Positions 35,111 to 42,957 of a DNA stretch of 52,368 nucleotides are shown here, in pieces. The notes below the pieces were generated by a model. It had not been told where the DNA came from and ran no database searches. It was given only the letters and a program-made list of their open reading frames with translations. Source of the stretch: a virus. The position numbers were made by a program, and so were the translations under genes. The stretch lies in the IMG/VR virus record IMGVR_UViG_3300045988_112980; one strand, 5' to 3'. The stretch's first letter is position 1, and each line of letters begins with the position of its first letter.

Positions 35111-35713
35111 TCACTTGCGGATAAGACAGAAGTCTGCCCAGATGTTGATGAACTGTTTCCCGCAGTAAACGGCGAGCGTGTCGCTCTTTAAGCAAAGGCG
35201 AGAACCGAGGTACGCAACCGCAGGCGAGGGGGTGTTACTCGAGAGCGCACAGGCGAGACCCGCATAACCTGTTTGATAGTCGCCTGTTGACATTAAGCGG
35301 CGGTCTGTTTTTTCGTCTTCATCCATGTCTTTGATTTCTTTCTGAGTATAGAGCCAATACCAAGGATAATAACGCCATTCGTCCTCTGTGAATTGAGGCT
35401 CCCAGCCCTCGTTCAAGGCGGCGCAGATGATACGGAGTTTCATATAAGCGAGAATGTCTTCTTGGTCGTCAAACTCTTCATGCTTTATCCATGCGGTGTA
35501 TGCGCTTACAAACGGGTGTTCTTCTCCAAGTTCACGGCAAGCGTCTTCAAAGGTTTTCACACGTTCTGTGATGTCTTTGGGCTTGAATGTATCTTCCCCG
35601 AAAACTTTGTGCATTTCGTTCTGAACCTGTTCTTTTGAAATAGCCGGGTAATTGGTTAATACCTGATAAAGTTCCCGCAAATCGTCTCTTTTGACTTCAA
35701 TTACTTCTTTCAT
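35111..35713 (-). CDS. DGR variable (target) protein 2: a 200-aa early-region protein carrying VR2
   Basis: The C-terminal segment YAGLACALSSNTPSPAVAYLGSRLC is encoded by a 77-nt copy of TR that differs only at TR adenines. Confidence 0.75.
   Translation of the reverse strand: MKEVIEVKRDDLRELYQVLTNYPAISKEQVQNEMHKVFGEDTFKPKDITERVKTFEDACRELGEEHPFVSAYTAWIKHEEFDDQEDILAYMKLRIICAALNEGWEPQFTEDEWRYYPWYWLYTQKEIKDMDEDEKTDRRLMSTGDYQTGYAGLACALSSNTPSPAVAYLGSRLCLKSDTLAVYCGKQFINIWADFCLIRK
35174..35186 (-). other. Short hairpin GAGCG-ACA-CGCTC, 3 nt downstream of VR2
   Basis: It shares the AGCG...CGCT core with the hairpin downstream of VR1. TR has no counterpart. Confidence 0.5.
35190..35266 (-). repeat. 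DGR variable repeat 2 (VR2), homologous to TR 51571..51647
   Basis: Ungapped 77-nt alignment with 15 mismatches, all at TR adenines (15 of 21 A positions changed, 0 of 56 non-A positions). Confidence 0.8.
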
Positions 35714-35719
35714 AATGTT

Positions 35720-36628
35720 TTACTTTTTAGATGTTGATGTTTTCTTTGACTTTTCTTCTTTGATTTCCCCCGTTTCAGGGTCAACGTTGGCGGGTATCTC
35801 TCCCGTTGCTTGTGCGATAGCCGCTGCCGCCTTGTCAGCCGCCGAAGCGGTCTTTTTATTGGCTTCTTCTTGTGCTTTGGCTTCAAGTTGTGGTTTGACA
35901 AAGGTTTCCTGAACGGTTGTCGTTCCCTCTTTGATAGCGTTCCAAGTGGCTCTAAGTTCAAACAGCTTTTCTTTGTCGATTTCTGCGATAGCCTTAATAC
36001 CGAGATATTGGCAAATCATGGCTTCCGTCACACCCGCTTTTGCGAAGTTCGCCAAACAGTTCTTGCGTGATGTCTCAACGTCAATCGCCTGACCGAGCGC
36101 AACCTTTTTAACTTCATTGATGACACGTTTTGTAACGGCTTTCGGTATGACCGCCAAGACTGCGTTTCTGAAAGCGATTGAGGCGGCTGCGTTGCCTGTC
36201 ACAACCTGCATGTCGTCACTGTATGTCTTACCCGTTTTCGTTGTTATCCGGCGGTCAACGGTCTTGCAAACGGCGAAGTTTGTTTCAAGGTCATGGCAGA
36301 CAGCCTGAGCCGTGATTTTACGCCCGTCATTTCCGATGATGCGGGTCTGAACTCTCAGGTTTCCCCAAGCCCCTGCGATGATTTCTGCCATACGGATCGA
36401 AAGCCCTTCAATGGTGTTGTCATTACCGTTTGCGTCCTTTCTTCTGAGAACATAGAAGCAGTCTTCTGCCGTTTCCCTATCCATTGTGGCATAGGTGGCG
36501 ATTTTGTTCAAGACTGTGTTCAGGTCACGGGGATATTGCTTCGCCGTGGCAATCTGAATGTCAATTTCTGACCGGGTAATTCCCGCAAGCATTTCAGCTT
36601 GTTTGATTTCAATAATGTCATTTTCCAT
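35720..36628 (-). CDS. Putative single-strand annealing or recombination protein (by synteny with the YqaJ exonuclease)
   Basis: 302-aa ORF with a Lys/Glu-rich tail. I recognised no family motif. Confidence 0.3.
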   Translation of the reverse strand: MENDIIEIKQAEMLAGITRSEIDIQIATAKQYPRDLNTVLNKIATYATMDRETAEDCFYVLRRKDANGNDNTIEGLSIRMAEIIAGAWGNLRVQTRIIGNDGRKITAQAVCHDLETNFAVCKTVDRRITTKTGKTYSDDMQVVTGNAAASIAFRNAVLAVIPKAVTKRVINEVKKVALGQAIDVETSRKNCLANFAKAGVTEAMICQYLGIKAIAEIDKEKLFELRATWNAIKEGTTTVQETFVKPQLEAKAQEEANKKTASAADKAAAAIAQATGEIPANVDPETGEIKEEKSKKTSTSKK

Positions 36629-36659
36629 AATGATGAAATTTGAAATGTGAATAATTTAT

Positions 36660-37085
36660 TTAGTTAACTCTCAATGGCTTTGATAATACGATTTTGAACC
36701 ATTCTTTGCCGTCAATCATAACGGGTTTCTCACTGACAAGAAAAGAGGCTGACTGTTGGGCTTTTGAAGCGTCAAGAATTTTGTTCGCGATGAACTTGTT
36801 GCTGAAATAAATCGTGCGTTCACAGTCTTTCGCATAGCCGCTGTTCTTTTTCTCTCTGAGGGCTAACCCGTTTTCTCCGGCGTTGAAGCATATATACCAA
36901 TCTCCCGTCTTGCTGTCTTCGTCCTTTGCAAAATAGACGGTCTGTTCAACTGTGATTCCTTTCCCTTTTTTCAAGGTGTTTGAGAATGAAATATTCCCGG
37001 TTTTTCTGTTGATATAAACCGAGCGAACGCCTGTTCTTGCTGATGTCGTTCCGCTGTTGTTCTTGTCAAAAATTGTGAGTTTCAT
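36660..37085 (-). CDS. Hypothetical protein
   Basis: 141-aa ORF. Confidence 0.45.
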   Translation of the reverse strand: MKLTIFDKNNSGTTSARTGVRSVYINRKTGNISFSNTLKKGKGITVEQTVYFAKDEDSKTGDWYICFNAGENGLALREKKNSGYAKDCERTIYFSNKFIANKILDASKAQQSASFLVSEKPVMIDGKEWFKIVLSKPLRVN

Positions 37086-37128
37086 ATTGCTGTTATTTTA
37101 GTTATGTTATTTTTATATTGATAAAACG

Positions 37129-37653
37129 TTAAGATATGTTATAAATGGGGGGGGTAAAACGTTGCTTTACAGCGTGTTTCATGTTATTCAGTCTTTTTGC
37201 TATTGTGGCTGAGCTTTGCCCCGTGTAGTCTATCAAGCCTTGCCAAGTCATAGCCTGAAAGAATTTCAAATGAAATATCAGGTAGTCACTGGGCTTGAAA
37301 TTGTATCTCACATATTCATCAACTTGTTTCGCCTGAATGTTCTCTGCCGGGGTTTGCCCAATTTCTTCTGGGTTTTCTTCATCAGAACGGAGAAGAACAA
37401 AGAACAAGGGGTCGGGGTGGGAATATCTGAACTCTGTGCTTAACTCACGTGCTAACATACGTCTGTATAGCTTGATGAACACGGGTTCAAAATCGAGTTC
37501 AATATCCTTTATCGTCAGGGCTTCCCGCATGGTCAGGTATGTTTCCTGAAAAGCGTCATCATCGAACATGGTTGAAGAAGCGATTCTTTCTTTCAACCTG
37601 TTGTGTTGGTTGATAATCCATGCGTCAAATATGTTTGCTGTTCGGTTATTCAT
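37129..37653 (-). CDS. ECF-sigma-like transcription regulator (start at MNNRTAN)
   Basis: The C-terminal segment MTWQGLIDYTGQSSATIAKRLNNMKHAVKQ looks like a sigma region-4 HTH. Confidence 0.4.
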   Translation of the reverse strand: MNNRTANIFDAWIINQHNRLKERIASSTMFDDDAFQETYLTMREALTIKDIELDFEPVFIKLYRRMLARELSTEFRYSHPDPLFFVLLRSDEENPEEIGQTPAENIQAKQVDEYVRYNFKPSDYLIFHLKFFQAMTWQGLIDYTGQSSATIAKRLNNMKHAVKQRFTPPIYNIS

Positions 37654-37660
37654 GGCGGTG

Positions 37661-37948
37661 TCATTTATGGGTTGCCAAATAAGTTGTCGCCTGACTTTGA
37701 ATTTCATTTTTTGTCGGAATGCGCTGGTCAAGCATCCATTCTTCCAATTCAGATTTTTTGAAATATAGCTTACGGTTCTTTTTGAAATACGGTATCTCCC
37801 GGTTGCTTGTCAGGCGGTAAAGGTGTCCTTTGCTCAATCCCGTGAACAAAATCGTTTCTTCAAAGTCAAGAACCGTTTTTGAACTGATAAGCGTCAACCG
37901 TGAAAGGTTGTCTATCTTTTCATTGAGTTGTTCCAAAGTGATTTCCAT
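37661..37948 (-). CDS. Excisionase-family (MerR-like) HTH DNA-binding protein
   Basis: The sequence ETILFTGLSKGHLYRLTSNREIPYFKKNRKLYFKKSELEEWM fits the family. The ATG is preceded by GGAGGA. Confidence 0.55.
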   Translation of the reverse strand: MEITLEQLNEKIDNLSRLTLISSKTVLDFEETILFTGLSKGHLYRLTSNREIPYFKKNRKLYFKKSELEEWMLDQRIPTKNEIQSQATTYLATHK

Positions 37949-37950
37949 AT

Positions 37951-38178
37951 TCAATCCTCCTGTATGCTTATTTCCGGTAAAAGACCCTTTTTTGAGAGCC
38001 ATTTCCCGCATAGAATGCAACCTGAAAAACTTGTTATCGCAAGGGCTTTAATCAGAAAGAAATCGCCCAATGTCATACATACCTCGGGGGCTTCTTCTCC
38101 TGCGAGAACCATGAATGAAACCATTCCCCAAAGACCGAGAACGGTCATCAGCCCCCATTGAATAATTTTCTTTTTCAT
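37951..38178 (-). CDS. Small membrane protein
   Basis: 75-aa ORF with two hydrophobic segments. Confidence 0.45.
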   Translation of the reverse strand: MKKKIIQWGLMTVLGLWGMVSFMVLAGEEAPEVCMTLGDFFLIKALAITSFSGCILCGKWLSKKGLLPEISIQED

Positions 38179-38579
38179 AATGACTTACAGTTTTCGATGT
38201 CAAACATTATCGCTTTCAATCCCGTTCTTACGATGTCTTGATATTTAATCAAGAGTTTTTGAAGACGGGCGTTTTCCGTGTTTATGGTCTTGTTAGCCGT
38301 TTCAAGAGCTTTGATATACTGTGCGTCAGACTGTCCGTTCCGGGAGACTGTAACCTCCGTGACGTGCGGTTCGGGAAAAAGCCATTCAAAAAGTTCTGTT
38401 TCTTTGACTGTAACGGTGCTCACAGTCTTTGTCGTTCTTTTTGTTGTCACAGTCTTTGTCTTTTCTGCCGCCGCTTTGGTCTCGTTTTTTCTCTTTTCAG
38501 CTTTGCGCTCCCAATACCTTTCCATGTACTTTTTATTGTACTCGGTCTTGATTTTTTGCGCCTCTTTACTTAGTGCCAT
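38175..38579 (-). CDS. Hypothetical protein
   Basis: 134-aa ORF. Confidence 0.45.
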   Translation of the reverse strand: MALSKEAQKIKTEYNKKYMERYWERKAEKRKNETKAAAEKTKTVTTKRTTKTVSTVTVKETELFEWLFPEPHVTEVTVSRNGQSDAQYIKALETANKTINTENARLQKLLIKYQDIVRTGLKAIMFDIENCKSL

Positions 38580-38799
38580 TTATACCCCCTTTCTGCGCTT
38601 CCAATTTCTTCTCCACACGGCGGCGAATCAAGTAAATAGTTCCTGCGCTGTGTATGTTATATTTCTTCATCAGGTGTTCTGTTACGAGCGTTTTGCTCTG
38701 TCCTTCAACGGCAATCAGGGCGTTATACTCGTTATAAATAGCCAAGTCACGGGCTTCCCGTTCTGTTTGGCAAGGTGTCTTAAAAATCATTGTTTCCAT
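38566..38799 (-). CDS. Mor-like transcriptional activator
   Basis: The sequence RDLAIYNEYN...LMKKYNIHSAGTIYLIRRR resembles the Mor family C-terminal HTH. Confidence 0.45.
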   Translation of the reverse strand: METMIFKTPCQTEREARDLAIYNEYNALIAVEGQSKTLVTEHLMKKYNIHSAGTIYLIRRRVEKKLEAQKGGINGTK

Positions 38800-38803
38800 A
38801 TCG

Positions 38804-39343
38804 TCATTTGTTTGAAATTGCTTTTCTGTATGTCACGTCTTCCATACCATTTGATAGGGATAAAATGCGCATGAGTTCTTCAAGGTCTATTTCCTTGTTG
38901 CTTGCCTCGTCATCATCATTAGGGGTGCAGTCAAAGATGTTGTGTTTTTTGACGAAGGCATAGAGAATGTCTTTCATCAGGCGTTTTTTCTCTTTGTTGA
39001 ACTGAGACTTGAAGAACGCAACCATGTCGGATATTTCGGCATATTCCAAATCTGTCAGGTCTATGTAGATTGTCTTCTTTGAAGCATTGTAAGTTGCCCC
39101 CTTAAATGCTTCACTCTTACTGCCGAGAACCGATAAAAAGACTTGAATGATAATCGTGCGTTCTTCTTTGTTCCTATACTTGAATGTCCTGCGTGAAGTC
39201 TTGTTTTCGCAGATGTCTTCAAGCGTCATACCGTATTTTCTCAGGTGTTCTTCAAGAAGACGGCGGGCGTTCTCTGCCTCCCCACCGCATCCCCGTTCTG
39301 CGAGAGCGAGAAGTTTTTTGAGTTTGTCCGTAATTCTTTCCAT
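38804..39343 (-). CDS. DUF2786-like protein, first gene of the leftward early operon
   Basis: The N-terminus ITDKLKKLLALAERGCGGEAENARRLLEEHLRKYG fits the pattern. Confidence 0.5.
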   Translation of the reverse strand: MERITDKLKKLLALAERGCGGEAENARRLLEEHLRKYGMTLEDICENKTSRRTFKYRNKEERTIIIQVFLSVLGSKSEAFKGATYNASKKTIYIDLTDLEYAEISDMVAFFKSQFNKEKKRLMKDILYAFVKKHNIFDCTPNDDDEASNKEIDLEELMRILSLSNGMEDVTYRKAISNK

Positions 39344-39390
39344 ATCAAAAATTTACTTATCAGTTTATTCCGATTTTATTTATTATTTCG

Positions 39391-39398
39391 TATATTTG
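39391..39398 (+). promoter_or_regulatory. Bacteroides-type -7 box TATATTTG for the immunity genes
   Basis: Matches TAnnTTTG on the plus strand. Confidence 0.4.
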
Positions 39399-39402
39399 TC
39401 CG

Positions 39403-39418
39403 CATACAAAATTGTATG
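39403..39418. promoter_or_regulatory. Operator-like palindrome CATACAA-AA-TTGTATG
   Basis: 7-2-7 perfect inverted repeat, 4 nt after the -7 box in the divergent immunity region. Confidence 0.5.
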
Positions 39419-39501
39419 ACGGTGCAAATATAAACAAAGTAATTATTTTGAAAGAATAAATCGAAATTAAATTTATAATTTAACAATAATTATATTTACT
39501 A

Positions 39502-39930
39502 ATGGAACATCTTAGACGATTGAAAAAAGTTATAAACTGGCTTATTTTCAAGGGAATAGCGGAAAATGAAAGGGCTTTGGCTGAAACTCTGGGATATACA
39601 AAGTCTTCTTTCTCTCAGATTGTTACGGGTAAAGTGCCTCTTTCCGAGAAGTTTATGAAGCGAATTTGTTCCCTTGATGAAAATATAAACTTTGTTTGGC
39701 TTCAATCAGGCGAGGGAGAAATGTTCCTTTCTAATAATCTGAACAGTGAAGACAGCGGGGTGGCTGTTCCTAAAGATGTTTGGGAAATTATCAAGCAGCA
39801 AGCGGAAAGCCTTTCAGCCCGTGACAAACAAATAGATGAATTAATGGAAATGCTGAAAGAACAGATTCAGGAGAACAAAAAAATCAATGCCCGCCGGGAA
39901 GGGAATGCAAGCTCTGCCGTTGCCGTATAG
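39502..39930 (+). CDS. CI-type HTH repressor paralog 1
   Basis: LAETLGYTKSSFSQIVTGKVPLS is an HTH and the protein carries WLQSGEGEMF. Confidence 0.6.
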   Translation: MEHLRRLKKVINWLIFKGIAENERALAETLGYTKSSFSQIVTGKVPLSEKFMKRICSLDENINFVWLQSGEGEMFLSNNLNSEDSGVAVPKDVWEIIKQQAESLSARDKQIDELMEMLKEQIQENKKINARREGNASSAVAV

Positions 39931-39966
39931 CGGTTGTCGGGAAAAGTGTTTTCAAAATACCTAAAT

Positions 39967-40449
39967 ATGGATATGAATAGAAGACTTCAAGATATTATAA
40001 AGTATAAGACTGGCGGGAGACAGACCGCCTTTGCAGCCCTTTTGAATTGGTCGCCGCAATATCTGTCTAAACTTCTGAAAGGCGTTGATTTCGGGTTGCA
40101 ACCCGTAGTCTCAATCATTGAGGCTTTGCCCGAGATAAACGCCCGTTGGTTCTTGACGGGGCAGGGGGAAATGCTGAGTGATGAGAAACAAGCGGACTTG
40201 CGCCGTGAAGCCCTTGAACACGTTTATCAAGTCATGGAACTTGAACGCTTCATTCCCGTTATGACCCCCGATGAACTTCGCATGTTTGAACGTCAGGTCA
40301 GAGAGGGGGAGAAAGCCGATTTCAGCCCCGACACGATTCAATCATGGAGGGAACGCCTTAATGTCCGGGAGAGAGAAATTAACGTCAAATTTGCAACCGC
40401 AGCCGCAAAATCAGATGAATTATGCAGACAGAAGACAGCCAAAAGATAG
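39967..40449 (+). CDS. CI-type HTH protein paralog 2 (the ORF-track start at 39934 is TTG)
   Basis: FAALLNWSPQYLSKLLKG is an HTH and the protein carries WFLTGQGEML. Confidence 0.55.
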   Translation: MDMNRRLQDIIKYKTGGRQTAFAALLNWSPQYLSKLLKGVDFGLQPVVSIIEALPEINARWFLTGQGEMLSDEKQADLRREALEHVYQVMELERFIPVMTPDELRMFERQVREGEKADFSPDTIQSWRERLNVREREINVKFATAAAKSDELCRQKTAKR

Positions 40450-40694
40450 TACGCCGTTTTTTTGAGGCTCTTTACCGCTTGAAAGATGACGGGAAAATAA
40501 GAGGTAAGCAGACTTTTACCCGTGAGTTTGATATAAATCGCTGGAATTTGAACAAACTTGAAAAGAACTTGGCAAGTGACATTTTTCAACCCGCTTGGTT
40601 GACTTATATAGTGAAAGAATACAAGGTTTCCGCACGCTGGCTTCTGACGGGCGAGGGAGACTTCTATGAAACGAGGACAGGGGCAAAGCCATGA
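40422..40694 (+). CDS. CI-type HTH protein paralog 3
   Basis: The protein carries WLLTGEGDFY. Confidence 0.5.
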   Translation: MQTEDSQKIVRRFFEALYRLKDDGKIRGKQTFTREFDINRWNLNKLEKNLASDIFQPAWLTYIVKEYKVSARWLLTGEGDFYETRTGAKP

Positions 40695-40709
40695 GGCTGC
40701 CCCCGTCTC

Positions 40710-41876
40710 TTATTCCTTGTTGTCATCAGCCCCGAAAATATCGGGTATCATCGCAACCGCCTCCTGCTTTTTCTTATCAAGGATTTTCGCATAAATCTGT
40801 GTTGTAGAAAGCTCCTTGTGCCCGAGAAGTTTCTGAACCGTGTAAATGTCTGCGCCGAGGTCAAGCATGAGGACAGCGAATGTGTGCCGCCCTGAATGGA
40901 ACGTGATGTCTTTTGTTATTCCCGCCCTGTTTGCCCACATCCTTAACTCAGCTATCATATAGGCACTGTATTTGAAACCGACAAAAACCCGGTCATCAGG
41001 TTCACGGCGAACCCCCATGTATTGAACCGCTTGTTTATTGATGTCAAGGTATTCTTGCCCGCCCGTCTTCTTCTGTTTGAAGATTATCCGGGTAAAGTCT
41101 CCTTGCTGCTGAACTTCACGCCAACGGAGTTTCTCAATGTCTGATTTGCGAAGACCTGTCAGGCATGAGAACATGAACGCATTTTTCAAGGCTGGGTATT
41201 TGCAATGGGCAGCAGCCATCGCCTTGACTTCTTCCAAAGTCAGATAACTTCTTTCTGTTTCAGCTTGTTTGAAACCCTCAATGCCACGAAGTGGGTTATG
41301 CGGTATTATCCTGTCTTCAAATGCTTGGTTGATGCAGGCACGGAGTTTGTTGAAGTAACTGACCTTGCTGTTTTGTGAAAGCGGCTTTGTCACTTCTTCC
41401 GTTGTGATAATCTTCCGTTTGTCTCTGCAACGGGCGTTCTTGTCAAGGTGTTCACGAAAACCGATTATCCATTCAGGTGTTATGTCCTTGAATGTGGTGT
41501 TAGGCTTGCAATACCGTTCAAGGTGTTTGAGGCAGCTATACCAATTACCCCAGTTTCCCCGGCTCTCGGGGTTGCCGTGACGTTTCTCACACATAGCCCG
41601 GTAATAGTCAAGAAAGTTCGTTTCAAGTTTGTAGGCGGCGTTAAAACCGTATTCTCCGTTTTGAAGTTCAACAACCCGCTTGGCTTTTATCGCCTCGGCG
41701 AGTTGAAGCGTCTGACGGTTCTTCTCCTTATCCTTTCTGTTCGTTTCAGGGATAAGATAGAGTTTCAAGTATTCATAAGACCTTTTCCCGTTCAGGTAGA
41801 TGTCGAGGTATAACGTGATATTCCCCGAAGCGGTCTTTCTCTGTCTGAGCCTTATCGGTTCTTTCGATTTTCCCAT
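40710..41876 (-). CDS. int: Tyrosine recombinase/integrase (Bacteroidota arm-binding type)
   Basis: The sequence contains [25 protein letters not shown] and [10 protein letters not shown]...[14 protein letters not shown]. The ATG at 41876 was chosen over the extended ORF. Confidence 0.8.
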   Translation of the reverse strand: MGKSKEPIRLRQRKTASGNITLYLDIYLNGKRSYEYLKLYLIPETNRKDKEKNRQTLQLAEAIKAKRVVELQNGEYGFNAAYKLETNFLDYYRAMCEKRHGNPESRGNWGNWYSCLKHLERYCKPNTTFKDITPEWIIGFREHLDKNARCRDKRKIITTEEVTKPLSQNSKVSYFNKLRACINQAFEDRIIPHNPLRGIEGFKQAETERSYLTLEEVKAMAAAHCKYPALKNAFMFSCLTGLRKSDIEKLRWREVQQQGDFTRIIFKQKKTGGQEYLDINKQAVQYMGVRREPDDRVFVGFKYSAYMIAELRMWANRAGITKDITFHSGRHTFAVLMLDLGADIYTVQKLLGHKELSTTQIYAKILDKKKQEAVAMIPDIFGADDNKE

Positions 41877-41881
41877 AATTT

Positions 41882-42227
41882 TTGTTGCTTTTGTTGCTGT
41901 TTTCGATACGAGCAACAAAATAACAACAAAAAAATAATAAAACGGGTATAATCAGAGAAAAATTTCATATCGGTTTATATGGTATGTAAAACATTGATTG
42001 ATTAACTGTTATCTATCATTGATTACACCCGTTTTGTATGCCTTTTGCTTTCCGTTTTACTTACTTCACTTTCCGATGCAAAATGTTCTTTATTTGATGT
42101 AATCTATTGATTTGTAGGGTTTTTGATGTTTTATGCGTGAGTGAGAGCAACAAAGTAGCAACAAATTTGTAAAAGCACATTTTTTTTGTGTTGTTCTCAG
42201 GTCTCAAAGATATGGATTTTGTTGCTC
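41882..42227. other. Putative attP region with clustered TTGTTGC/GCAACAA repeats and a 15-bp inverted repeat
   Basis: TTGTTGC occurs at 41882, 41892 and 42219. GCAACAA occurs at 41912, 42148 and 42158. AAACGGGTATAATCA (41940) is inverted relative to TGATTACACCCGTTT (42020). Confidence 0.4.
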
Positions 42228-42319
42228 TCCGCAAAATCATTAATCAAGGTTGGTTTATTCCCAATGACGTGTGTCATAAAGTCGCCCGTTATCTCTGCAA
42301 GGAAGAAGATGACTTCACG

Positions 42320-42351
42320 AAAACAGGGTGTCCGTAACCGTGAACACCCTG
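42320..42351 (-). terminator. Intrinsic terminator after the moron genes (CAGGGTGT-N12-ACACCCTG plus TTTT)
   Basis: 8-bp GC-rich stem followed by a T-run on the minus strand. Confidence 0.6.
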
Positions 42352-42472
42352 CCTGCTTATCTGAAAGTTATTTTCATCGAATTTTCTGTATGTGCCGCCT
42401 AAATCTTTTATCGGTGTAAATTATCATTGCCGGAATCATCGGGGCACATAGAACGCCATTCGGCTTTGCCTT

Positions 42473-42955
42473 TTATTGTCTTGAATAGTTTATCCAATTA
42501 TCGTCTGTAAGCCCGTAATCTTTGAACTTGATTATATCATGGCTTTCAATTTTATAGCTAAGTGTTTCTTTCTTCTCGTTCAACTCTTTGTTATCACTGT
42601 TGTAACCATACAGAACTATGGCTGTTCTTAACGGTTCAACACAAAAGAAATAATCGTCAATGACTTCCCCGCCGACAGCTTTGTTCTGAACTCTGTGAAC
42701 CGTTCCATGTACTTCAACTGTGCCGTCCTTGAATGTTGTCTTTTCAACGGGAGCAGCAAAGGGGAAGAATGTCAGCTTGTCTGTGCGAAACCATTGTCCC
42801 AAGAAATATTCTTCTCCCGAGAATGTCCCTTGAATTGATGTCAGTACATTTTCAACGTCAGGAGAAAACTTCTTTACTTCGGGTTCGTCATCATTTGAAC
42901 AGCCGATAAATAAAATAACACTTAACAAACAGAATAGATAAAATAGTTTCTTCAT
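42473..42955 (-). CDS. Lipoprotein (moron)
   Basis: MKKLFYLFCLLSVILFIGCSNDDE is a signal peptide with a lipobox. Confidence 0.6.
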   Translation of the reverse strand: MKKLFYLFCLLSVILFIGCSNDDEPEVKKFSPDVENVLTSIQGTFSGEEYFLGQWFRTDKLTFFPFAAPVEKTTFKDGTVEVHGTVHRVQNKAVGGEVIDDYFFCVEPLRTAIVLYGYNSDNKELNEKKETLSYKIESHDIIKFKDYGLTDDNWINYSRQ

Positions 42956-42957
42956 GG

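Noticed and set aside
35073-35195. The N-terminal 41-codon extension of ORF 34761..35195
   Set aside because: It overlaps the end of the VR2-bearing gene, including VR2 flank sequence, in another frame. The METKNN start at 35072 leaves a normal intergenic gap.
35720-36628. A specific RecT assignment
   Set aside because: Synteny with YqaJ suggests an annealing protein, but I could not see RecT family motifs. It is left generic with low confidence.
39499-39705. 68-aa minus-strand ORF antisense to the first repressor gene
   Set aside because: It lies entirely within, and antisense to, a well-supported HTH gene.
42186-42419. 77-aa plus-strand ORF in the attP region
   Set aside because: It has a non-ATG start, overlaps the repeat cluster and the minus-strand terminator, and has no recognisable features.
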